The translations under genes were made by a program, and so were the position numbers. This document shows, piece by piece, positions 50,335 through 60,944 of a DNA stretch of 64,000 bases (the stretch's first letter is position 1; every line of letters starts with the position of its first letter). The notes below the pieces were generated by a model. That model ran no database searches. It saw nothing but the letters and a program-made list of their open reading frames with translations, and was not told where the DNA came from. Origin of the DNA: Octopus sinensis (taxonomy: Eukaryota); the NCBI RefSeq assembly GCF_006345805.1, contig NC_043001.1:64728001-64792000 (forward strand). Direction: 5' to 3'.

Positions 50335-51726
50335 CGAAGGTCGATCATATAACGAGAGGAGAAAATGAACAAATCAGACAAAATAGATAGAAATCAGATA
50401 AAATAGTTAGATAGATAGAGAAACATGTATGATCAGTCTAGGAGTGAAAATAGGCATTCAAACTTATCTGTGCACGGGATTATATAGCTGGTAGATGAGG
50501 TAGATGAATGAGAGAGAGAGAGAGCACATGTTGTGGGTTGCCTTCTAAGTAAAAAGTTGTCCGGAAGAATGATTTTTGGAGAAGGCGGAAGTGTATTAAA
50601 GGAAAAAGGTTTCAAGATGGCGAATCGAAGGTCGATCATATAACGAGAGGAGAAATGAACAAATCAGACAAAATAGATAGAAATCAGATAAAATAGTTAG
50701 ATAGATAGAGAAACTTGTATGATCAGTCTAGGAGTGAAAATAGGCATTCAAACTTATCTGTGCACGGGATTATATAGCTGGTAGATGAGGTAGATGAATG
50801 AGAGAGAGAGAGAGAGAGAGCACATGTCGTGGGTTGCCTTCTAAGTAAAAAGTTGTCCGGAAGAAGGATTTTTGGAGAAGGCGGAAGTGTATTAAAGGAA
50901 AAAGATTTCAAGATGGCGAATCGAAGGTTGATCATATAACGAGAGGAGAAAATGAACAAATCAGACAAAATAGATAGAAATCAGATAAAATAGTTAGATA
51001 GATAGAGAAACATGTATGATCAGTCTAGGAGTGAAAATAGGCATTCAAACTTATCTGTGCACGGGATTATATAGCTGGTAGATGAGGTAGATGAATGAGA
51101 GAGAGAGAGAGAGAGCACATGTTGTGGGTTGCCTTCTAAGTAAAAAGTTGTCCGGAAGAAGGATTTTTGGAGAAGGCGGAAGTGTATTAAAGGAAAAAGG
51201 TTTCAAGATGGCGAATCGAAGGTCGATCATATAACGAGAGGAGAAAATGAACAAATCAGACAAAATAGATAGAAATCAGATAAAATAGTTAGATAGATAG
51301 AGAAACATGTATGATCAGTCTAGGAGTGAAAATAGGCATTCAAACTTATCTGTGCACGGGATTATATAGCTGGTAGATGAGGTAGATGAATGAGAGAGAG
51401 AGAGAGAGAGAGAGCACATGTTGTGGGTTGCCTTCTAAGTAAAAAGTTGTCCGGAAGAAGGATTTTTGGAGAAGGCGGAAGTGTATTAAAGGAAAAAGGT
51501 TTCAAGATGGCGAATCGAAGGTCGATCATATAACGAGAGGAAAAATGAACAAATCAGACAAAATAGATAGAAATCAGATAAAATAGTTAGATAGATAGAG
51601 AAACATGTATGATCAGTCTAGGAGTGAAAATAGGCATTCAAACTTATCTGTGCACAGGATTATATAGCTGGTAGATGAGGTAGATGAATGAGAGAGAGAG
51701 AGAGAGCACATGTTGTGGGTTGCCTT
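50335..51726. repeat. Tandem array of a ~291-299 bp unit, about 4.7 copies
   Basis: Unit starts at 50335, 50626, 50922, 51217, 51516; copies differ mainly in an internal (GA)n. Confidence 0.95.
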
Positions 51727-52252
51727 ATAATAGAAATATTAATATTACTAAGTCTCTCTAAAGGAGATTACGGCAGCATTACTGGATATTAATTGTTATC
51801 GCCATACTAATATGGCAGTCTATAAATAAGACTAAAGCTGTCGCTGATTAGCTCCAAGAGGCCATCGCCTCTAGCTAGCTATATGACACACGAACCTGCG
51901 TCCATTACAAACTTCGAACAGGGGAGGTCAGCCGCTTCACCTTGCTAGTCAGACATCTGCAGACATGTTTCAGGGTTGTTGCCCTTTATCGATGCAGTGT
52001 AGTCAGAACCAGCAGGTGTTGCTACTGACCGTCTGTTCGAAGATTTTATTTACCTAGTTACAGTGGAATACATCCACTTGTTTTCAATAATAGAAATATT
52101 AAAATTACTAAGTCTCTCTGTTCGAAGGTTGTAATGGATGCAGGTTCGTGTGTCATATAGCTAGCTAGAGGCGATGGCCTCTTGGAGCTAATCAGCGACA
52201 GCTTTGGTCTTATTTATAGACTGCCATATTAGTATGGCGATAACTATTAATA
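51727..52252 (-). repeat. 360-bp hammerhead-bearing unit with 33-bp terminal redundancy and inverted partial copy
   Basis: Direct repeat 51727-51759 / 52087-52119; inverted arms 51787-51921 / 52118-52252. Confidence 0.9.
51957..51997 (-). ncRNA. Minimal type-I hammerhead motif
   Basis: CUGCA UCGAUAA AGGG-CAACAA-CCCU GAAA CAUG UC UGCAG; three transitions from CUGAUGA. Confidence 0.7.
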
Positions 52253-53074
52253 TATATATATATATATAAAAGAAAAAAATGGGATTAAAATATCCTTGCA
52301 GATATGTATATATCTGCAGCAGCAACAACATGACCAGCAGCCACTCCTCAAAACTAGCACCATTGTTGACCTAAAACTCCACAATGAAAAGCCATTCACT
52401 GTCCAGCTATCTACATTCTTAATTTTCTCTGAATATTACAACTGACCCATCATAATCATTACCATGCTACAACCATAACCACTACTATTACTTTAATTAG
52501 TGAGGAATCACGCCCCCCCCCACACACACACACACTTTCCAACTCAATCTGAATATGTACCTCCCAGCTCCATGATGAATCTGTCAACTGTAAATAAAGT
52601 AAAATCTATGAACACATGAATCCCAAAATATGCCAGTTTTCTCAATGCAAGTGACTATGCATATGCAGTAATTGCAATTTCACTCATTTACCTAGGACAA
52701 GACACTCAATTTGTATAAGCAGCACCAGCCAACACCAAAGCACACATATTATGCTGCCACTGCCACCACCACCACTTGTATGTGATTTTTCCAATTGCTT
52801 CTTTGTTGTCCTTCAGTGCATTTTTTAAATCTGTGTGTGTATGTGTATGATGTCGACCTTCTGTGCAACATTTTAAGGCTATGAGAAAATATAGTGTCAC
52901 ACATCCACTTCTGTTCTCACAATGTTCAATATTTGGTGTAAGACTTTCTCTCTTTTCTATCCATTTCTATATCCTTTTCCTCTCCCCTCTTGTGCACAAA
53001 ACCTTCCCTATCTATTTCTATCTGCCTCTCTCTCTACTTATCTCAGTTTCTACCTTCAATTTCTTCCTTTGTCC

Positions 53075-53542
53075 ATCAAATCTAAGTAGAGACTTCAAAC
53101 TTGAAATCTTCAAAGCCACAATCGAACCAATTTTACTATATGGCTCAGAAACCTGGACGTTATCAAAGAAGCTTGAGAGGCGGTTGGATGGAACCTACAC
53201 TCGCCTCCTTATGAGAGCTCAAAATCTCTCGTGGAAGCGCCATCCAACCAAAATGCAAATATATGGGGAAACTACCACCTGTGTCATCTCTTGTGAAAGG
53301 TAGGAGAGTCCAGTTTGCTGGACATTGTTGTAGAGCTGAAAAAGAGGTAATTTCTATTCTTCTCCTCTGGAAGCCATCTACTCGCAACACCAGGAGGCGC
53401 ACGCTCTCCTACCCTGATTTAATCTCCAGGGATACAGGCATCCAGCAACAGGACCTCCGTAACGCCATGATGGACCGTGAAGTCTGGCGTAGCATGGTAA
53501 CTTCCATTGTCTCGACCACGGTCGAACAATGATGATGATGAT
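53075..53542 (+). mobile_element. 5'-truncated RTE-clade LINE (different family) with (TGA)n tail
   Basis: EPILLYGSETWTL, FAGHC, MMDREVWR; one frameshift. Confidence 0.85.
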
Positions 53543-54059
53543 TTGTCCATCTCTGTCAACTACCTACTGCATATCTTTATTCTTCTCTTTCTTTACATGC
53601 CCTTTTTCTTCCTACCTCTCTTCCCTCAACCTCCTCTACACCACTCTGTTTGTCTCTCTTCCTTCACTTTTTGGTACCAAAAGACCATCCAATTATTTTA
53701 TCACCCATCCTTTTTCTACTTGATCATTGCCTAGGTGTTGTGAATTTAAGTAGTTATGTAGATTGTAGAAAGGCTTAAATACAACCGTTTGATTAGCTAA
53801 AACAGCTATAGAATTTGAACCTGTTTCATCTGACTTTGTGCCTTTAAATTATAATAAATTGTTATTAGAATATTAAATGGAAAGTAAAAATGAGTGCATT
53901 AATCAGGTGAATATATTGGTTCATTTGTTTAAATATGTAGACTCTTCCTTTGTTTGAGTATGTGGACTTGTGCTGGATATTAATAGTGTGTATTTGTATC
54001 CTACTGAATAAGTATAAATCAAAGAGTGTATATTGTTTTCAAGAGCTGGTCAAATTGTA

Positions 54060-55670
54060 CAAAATGACAGTTGAAATCATCTGTCAGTAAGTCGCAATTT
54101 GTTGTTACAACACTGTTTAATTGTTTCATGTATTATAAAGACTTTGTTTTGCTGCTTTACAGCAGTTTTATTGACTGTTTTCCCCTTGTTCAAAGGGGGT
54201 AGCACTGGTGTTTAAAAATGAACTATGAAAACCTCAGCTCCTCAGAGCTTACGTCTTCCAAGGAGGTATTACTAAGGTCAGATGACACAAATGACAAACA
54301 AAGAGAGAAAAAGAATATGAAGTTTGTAGCAGTGGCCAAAAGCCACAGTAAGGAAATTGATCTTAGTAAATTCAAGAACATGCTTCGTAGGGAGGGGAAC
54401 AATGTAAAGGTGTCCCTTCCCAAAGAAGTTTTAAAGGAGACAAAGGAAAGGATTATTATTTACAGGACATATTCAATAACAACAAGGAAAATTGAAGTCA
54501 TGTCAACTGCTCAAGTCGAAAAGGCATTAAAATCAATCTAGCAAGGGATTTTTTACCTTGCCAGAGGAAGAAAGTTTGGAACAGTGGAGGTGTGGTTCCA
54601 GGAGGTAGATACTACCAGGCTGCACTTGGCAACACTCTTAAAAATGGATGAAGTGGTGCTTCTACCCATATACTTTGAGAGGTATGCTTCCAGGGCTAGG
54701 GTAGAGGATATACCCCCAGAAATTGATATAACCTGGCTAGTAGCTGCCATACTCATGGGCACAGAAGAGAAGGTAGTGGTCCTCCAGGCCACCAGAATGC
54801 CCCATAAGAACTGGTAATATGATAATCCAGGTGGCTCTGGAAGACCTTGAAAACATGGTCAAGATCATCACAGTCAAAGAAGTGACACTCAGAGTCAGAG
54901 TGGAGGGTAGGATTATGCGATGCTATCGGTGAAGACTAAAAAGAAGCCTGAGAGCAGGAAGGAAACTGAGCCTTCACTGCTGATGAAAACCAGTACCAGT
55001 GCCAAGGAAAGGAACAGATGGGAAATGGCTGGCAAAAAAAGAAGGAGGAAAAAAGCACTCTTTGTAAATGTTGACCCCCATCCCATACCCACCCGACTCC
55101 CACCCATACCCACTCTGCCCCAACCTCCTCCTACAAAGACCAACCCTCTCCATGTTCCACCTGACACAAAGACAAGCACAAGCACACAGGAGCCCCAAAC
55201 TTCCCCACCAGTGCCCTGTGAGAAAAATATGTTATGTTGTACAATGGACAAAATGATAAAATTTATATTGAGATAGACTCATGGAACAAAACGATAAAAG
55301 TGAATACAACAGGAGTTACTGGATTACCCTGGCACTATCATTGTGTGGTGGCAGACTCAGAGTATTTTCTGAGAGTAAATGATGATGAGGAAGACTTTGA
55401 GTGCTGGGTCAAGAAAATTGACACCAGCAAAATACCAGAATGGGTAAGCCATTTTGAACTTTTAAAGGATTTTAGCATAGACATTTTTCAGTGAGATGAA
55501 AGTTAACTGTTACAAATGTTTTAAAGGTTGTATTAACAGGCTAAATGAAGTTGCTTGGAGGTGGGGCCGAACAGCTTCATTTCATTTATCATTTTTTATC
55601 TAATTCATCCTTTCCATCCATTTTTTTGTCCCTTTGTGTTAGCCCCTTGTAGGCAATAAAGAAATTGAGG
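54060..55670 (+). mobile_element. ORF1-only (HAL1-like) non-LTR element
   Basis: ORF1 remnant homologous to 44420-45136; no EN or RT; ends aataaagaaatt; TSD tggtc(a/g)aattgta. Confidence 0.75.
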
Positions 55671-57858
55671 TGGTCGAATTGTAAGCAAGTAAAAACCTAA
55701 GTTCGCTGCTTTCTTTTTGGAACTGTCAGTATACTTTAATTTTATTTACTTAAAATACAGAGCAGGGCTTATGTCCCGAAAGATTGGAAGTTCTTCCTAG
55801 TGCTCTAGAAGCTGCTAGAACATTCAAGCTCTGGTTGTTCCTCTTCTCTCGATATAAAGGTACCATTACTTCTGGAACCTACAATACATACCTCGGACTT
55901 TAGGTGAATTCAATTTCTTCAGAAAACTTTGAAATTATTTCAGAATGTATCACATTTGATTCTGCTTTAGTTGCTTTGAAGGATGCCTTTATTAAGCCAG
56001 TCAATTCTGTTTTCTGTTGACACCTGACATAAACTGTTTACACGAAAACACCTAGTGAATCTATAGATGAATATGTGTGTTCTCTTCAAAAGCTTAGTCT
56101 GGATTGCGATTTTACGAGTGTTTCTGCCAAAACTTACAGAGATGAGTACATTCAAGATTTGTTTATTACCAGAATTTCATCTCAAAGTATTCAAACTAGA
56201 CTCCTTGAAAATAAATCACTTACTCTGACTACGGTAATCGATCGGGCATGTGCTTTGGAAATTGCTAATACTGACTTGTAAATTTATGATCCAATGTCAA
56301 TCCATGTTGCTACAGTGAAACAAAGTGAAGAAATGCTAAAGTGTAGAAGGTAGTTAAAATTTAGAGGAAACAAATGCAGCAGCAAGTAATACATCAAAAC
56401 ATTGGACTCATTGTTACAGGTGTGGAAGTGCATCATGACATGAGCATGTTAAATGTCCCACACAAAATACTAAATGTAGGAAATGCAAAAAGATTGGTCA
56501 TTTTTCAAAAGTATGCATGTCTAAAAATTCAGTTACTGCATCAATTCAAACTGCTCCTCATGCTTCTGTTCTCTCCGCATTGAACATGTCGATCATAGCA
56601 ATATCTATGAATGGATTTTCATTAAAAGCTCTCTTAGACACTGGAAGCTCGGAAAATTTCCTTTCAAAATCCATGATCAGCTCTCTTCAGCTTCCTACTT
56701 TTCAGCATAATGGTACTATATTGATGGCTGCAGTTAATTTTAAGTCATCTATCAAAACATGCTGCAAGTTAGATATAGCTCTTCGAGGACGAATATATGC
56801 TGATATTCAATTTCTAGTACTACCCGATTCATGCACTGATGTTATATTAGGAATACCTTTCCTCAGTAAGCACTCTTCTGTTAAAATGAAATATGGAGGA
56901 ACCATGTCCAAACTTAGAAGTGTGTTCCTTAGCATCTATCGCAATGGATCCTTCTCAAGTGTTCTCTCCCTTATCGCCAGATTGTAAACCTGTAATTATA
57001 AAATCTAGAAAATTTTAAATATCTGACACTCAATTTATCTCTTTTGAAACTGAACGTTTGTTGAAGGAAGGCATCATCAAGCCAAGCAATTCACCATGGA
57101 GAGTGCAAGTACGCGTAGTTCAAAACCATACATAACCATACTTGGTTCAAAATCATATGTAGTTCTAAACCATACAAAACCATACTTGGCTACGATAAAT
57201 AAGTTTACTTATCTAGATGCATACCCCTTGCCGAATTTGGACAATTTAGTAAACATGATTTCGAGTTACAAATACTATAGTCATTTAGACTTGCATAGTG
57301 CTTATCATTGTGTATCGCTTATCATTGTGTATCATTATCATCGTTTAGCGTCCGTTTTCCATGCTAGCATGGGTTGGACGGTTCAACTGGGGTCTGTGAA
57401 GCCGGAAGGCTTCATCAGGCCTAGTCAGATCTGGCAGTGTTTCTACGGCTGGATGCCCTTCCTAACGCCAACCACTCCGTGAGTGTAGTGGGTGCTTTTT
57501 ACGTGCCACCCGCACAGGTGCCAGACAGAGCTGGCAAACGGCCACGAACGGATGGTGCTTTTTATGTGCCACCGGCACGGGGGCCAGGCGAGGCTGGCAA
57601 TGGACACGAACGGATGGTGCTTTTTATGTGCCACCGGCACGAGGCCAGTCGGGGCGGCGCTGGCAATGGTCACGAACGGATGGTTCTCTTACATACCACC
57701 GGCACTGGTAACACATCTGCAATTTCCATTGATCGATTTCGATTCTGATCCTCACTTACCTCAACAGGTCTTCACAAGTAGAGTTTTGTGTCCCAAGAAG
57801 GGAAGGTATGCATACGTAGGCTGGCTCCATCCCATGTAGAAGGCCACGGGTTATGGTC

Positions 57859-58995
57859 TCACTTGTCCTGCCGGGTCTTCTCGTGCACAGCATACTTCCA
57901 GAGGTCTCGGTCTCTAGTTATTTCCTCAGTGAGACCTAAAGTTCGAAGGTCGTGCTTCACCACCTCGTCCCAGGGTTTCCTGGGTCTGCCTGTTCCACAG
58001 GTTCCCTCAAACGCTAGGGTGTGGCACTTTTTCACACAACTATCTTCATCCATTCTCGCCACATGCCCATACCAGCGCAAACGTCTCTCTTGCACACCAC
58101 AACTGATGCTTCTTAGGTCCAGCTTTTCTCTCAAGGTACTTACACTCTGTCGAGTATGAACACTGACATTACACATCCATCGGAGCATACTGGCTTCATT
58201 TCTTGCAAGCTTACGCATATCCTCAGCAGTCACGGCCCATGTTTCACTGCCATGTAGCATGGCTGTTCGTACACACGCATCATACAGTCTGCCTTTTACT
58301 CTGTGCGAGAGGCCTTTTGTCACCAGCAGAGGTAAGAGCTCTCTGAACTTTGCCCAAGCTATTCTTATTCTAGCAGTTACACTTTCAGCACACCCACCCC
58401 CGCTGCTGACTTGGTCACCTAGGCAACGGAAACTATCAACTATTTCTAGTTTTTCTCCCTGGAAAGTGACGGAAGTTGGTCTCAGAGCATTTTCAGTATT
58501 TATTGTTCCTGAGCATCTGCCACATACAAAAACCATCTTCCTAGTTAGCCTTCCTTTGACATTGCTGCACCTCTTATGTGTCCATAGCTTACACTTGGTG
58601 CATCTTATAGAGTTTCTACCTACACCTTTTCTACAGATCGAGCAGGGCCATCTACCTGAAGGCGTTTGTGACTTGTCTACCTTCCTACTGATTACGACTT
58701 TGGTTTTAGCTAGATTGACTCTAAGGCCCTTCGATTCTAATCCTTGTTTCCACACCTGAAACTTCTCCTCCAGTTCTGATAGTGACTCAGCAATTAGAGC
58801 AAGGTCATCAGCATAGAGGAGCTCCCAAGGGCATCCTGTCTTGAATTCCTCCGTTATTGCCTGGAGGACTATGATAAATAGGAGGGGGCTGAGGACTGAG
58901 CCTTGGTGGACCCCTACCTCTACCCGGAATTCTTCAGTGTACTCGTTGCCAACCCTCACCTTACTAGCAGCATCCCTAGTTTCCTCATTGACCAC
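57859..58995 (-). CDS. RTE polyprotein C-terminal part (RT with embedded PHD-type finger); separated from the N-terminal part by a frameshift/deletion
   Basis: GVHQGSVLSP, LLYADD, KTKV, C4HC3 array, LHGSETW, RLRWYGHV. Confidence 0.9.
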   Translation of the reverse strand: MVNEETRDAASKVRVGNEYTEEFRVEVGVHQGSVLSPLLFIIVLQAITEEFKTGCPWELLYADDLALIAESLSELEEKFQVWKQGLESKGLRVNLAKTKVVISRKVDKSQTPSGRWPCSICRKGVGRNSIRCTKCKLWTHKRCSNVKGRLTRKMVFVCGRCSGTINTENALRPTSVTFQGEKLEIVDSFRCLGDQVSSGGGCAESVTARIRIAWAKFRELLPLLVTKGLSHRVKGRLYDACVRTAMLHGSETWAVTAEDMRKLARNEASMLRWMCNVSVHTRQSVSTLREKLDLRSISCGVQERRLRWYGHVARMDEDSCVKKCHTLAFEGTCGTGRPRKPWDEVVKHDLRTLGLTEEITRDRDLWKYAVHEKTRQDK

Positions 58996-59006
58996 CAGAT
59001 AAGGGA

Positions 59007-60944
59007 TCAGGGGACCCTGTCAAAGGCTTTCTCCATGTCAACAAAAGCCAGGTACAGGGGCTTATCTTTGGCTAGGTATTTCTCCTGCAGCTGCCTTACC
59101 AGGAATATAGCATCAGTGGTACTTTTCCCTGGCACAAACCCAAACTGCATCTCATCTAAACTAACTCTCTCTCTAATTAGTTGGGCTATGACCCTCTCCG
59201 TAACCTTCATCACCTGATCCAACAGCTTGATACCTCTGTAATTATTTGTATCTAGGGCGTCACCTTTACCTTTGGAGCAGTTGACTATTATGCTGCTACA
59301 CCAGTCATTGGGTATGACTCCTTTGTGTATCACCTGATTAACTATACGGGTGACTAGGCTATAGCCGACACTACCAGACATTTTGAGCATCTCTGCAGTG
59401 ATTCCTGATGGGCCTGGAGCTTTCCCTGTCTTCATGCTTCTAATTGCCTTAACTACCAAGGAACTATGAACTCGGATAGCTGGTCCCTCTGTTGGGTCAA
59501 CATTCGGCAGACTCTCTTTATCCCATTCATTTTCTTTATTCAGCAACCTTTCATAGTGGCATCTCCAAACCTCTCTCTTTGCATCCTCATTTAGCGCAAG
59601 TGAACCATCTTCCATGCGAACACACTTCTCTCCTACCACATCACGATTCTCTCTCACACACTGTCTTGCAACACGAAACACCTCCAATCTTTGGTCCTCA
59701 CGGCACAGAACATTGGCAAATTTTTTCTTATCTGCTTCCCCTCTGGCTAAATAAACCTGTCTCCTAGCTTCTCTTTTGGCAGTCTGATACAATTCCCTGC
59801 TACCCCCATTTTTCCAGACCTTCCAAGCCTGTCTCTTTTCTCTAATAGCCCTGTCTACAATATTGTTCCACCACCACGTTATTCTAGGTCGAGAGGGGAC
59901 TTTGCACCAGCCACAGATCTGGTCAGTGGCTCTCAGCAGGTTTTCCCTTAGAAACGTCCAGTTGTCTTCTACCCCCTGTGATGCTCTATCCCCTTCTACT
60001 TCGTCAAAGGCTTCAAGTAATATGTCCCTAAATCTCTGTCCATTTGCAGGATCTTTAAGCTTCCAGATCCTTCTTCTCCATATTGGTCGTCTTCTGGTTG
60101 TCCTCCTAGTCCTGATCCTAAAGTCACTAACTACCAGTCTATGTTGTGGGGTACATTCTTCGCCTGGGAAGGTTTTGGCATTCATAAGCAGCCATCTCTC
60201 CCTTTGCCTTGCAAGGATGTAGTCAATTTGGCTGGTATGTTGGCCCGATCGGTAAGTGACTAGGTGGCTGGTAGGTTTCCTGAAGTTAGTGTTGCAAGTC
60301 ATAAGATTATTTGCATCGCAGAACTCCAGCAGCCTGGTTCCCTCCTCGTTGCGGGAGCCATAGCCATAGCCTCCATGTACGCCATGGAAGCCCCCAGCAT
60401 GTCGTCCAACGTGACCATTGAAGTCACCAGCCACAAAGAGAAGGTCTCTGTCATTCCTCATCGAGGTAGTCTGCAGTAGAGTGTCATAGAATCGGTCTTT
60501 CTGTCCATCGGGTAGCCCCGACTGAGGAGCATAGGCTGATATAATGGTTGCTAAACTATGATGAAGCACTAATCTAATCTTAAGTATTCTGTCACATACT
60601 CTGATTACCTCATTTACTTTATCTACCCATTTCTCAGCGATAAGTATACCCACGCCACCAACCCCGTCAGTGTTCCCTGCCCAGAAAACCTTGTACCTGC
60701 GTTCCTTGCCTGTGAGGAACCTAGCTGATCCTCCTCTCCACCTTATTTCTTGCATGCAACATATATCCACACATCTCCGTTCAAGCATCTCGACTATCTC
60801 ACCAGACCTACCTTTCAGTGTGCCAACGTTGAGGGTGCCAACCCTGAGGGTGTGGGAATCATGGGCTCTATAGACCCTGGGACGGTGGACAGTAGCTTCG
60901 TGTACCTGAAAAGAAAGCTCGCATTTGGCAGAATTCATGTGCAA
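59007..60944 (-). CDS. RTE polyprotein N-terminal part (AP endonuclease and start of RT)
   Basis: GTLNVGTL, MQEIRW, SAYAPQ, AGDFNGH, SQIDYIL, QHRLV, NYRGIKLL, QFGF, FVDMEKAFDRV. Confidence 0.9.
   Translation of the reverse strand: MHMNSAKCELSFQVHEATVHRPRVYRAHDSHTLRVGTLNVGTLKGRSGEIVEMLERRCVDICCMQEIRWRGGSARFLTGKERRYKVFWAGNTDGVGGVGILIAEKWVDKVNEVIRVCDRILKIRLVLHHSLATIISAYAPQSGLPDGQKDRFYDTLLQTTSMRNDRDLLFVAGDFNGHVGRHAGGFHGVHGGYGYGSRNEEGTRLLEFCDANNLMTCNTNFRKPTSHLVTYRSGQHTSQIDYILARQRERWLLMNAKTFPGEECTPQHRLVVSDFRIRTRRTTRRRPIWRRRIWKLKDPANGQRFRDILLEAFDEVEGDRASQGVEDNWTFLRENLLRATDQICGWCKVPSRPRITWWWNNIVDRAIREKRQAWKVWKNGGSRELYQTAKREARRQVYLARGEADKKKFANVLCREDQRLEVFRVARQCVRENRDVVGEKCVRMEDGSLALNEDAKREVWRCHYERLLNKENEWDKESLPNVDPTEGPAIRVHSSLVVKAIRSMKTGKAPGPSGITAEMLKMSGSVGYSLVTRIVNQVIHKGVIPNDWCSSIIVNCSKGKGDALDTNNYRGIKLLDQVMKVTERVIAQLIRERVSLDEMQFGFVPGKSTTDAIFLVRQLQEKYLAKDKPLYLAFVDMEKAFDRVP

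Noticed and set aside
50335-51726. CRISPR-like or functional hammerhead array
   Set aside because: No unique spacers, eukaryotic context; the catalytic core and stem II are absent
52740-52825. Minus-strand frame DLKNALKDNKEAIGKITY as an exon
   Set aside because: Acceptor is only (CA)nG without a pyrimidine tract and the donor is weak
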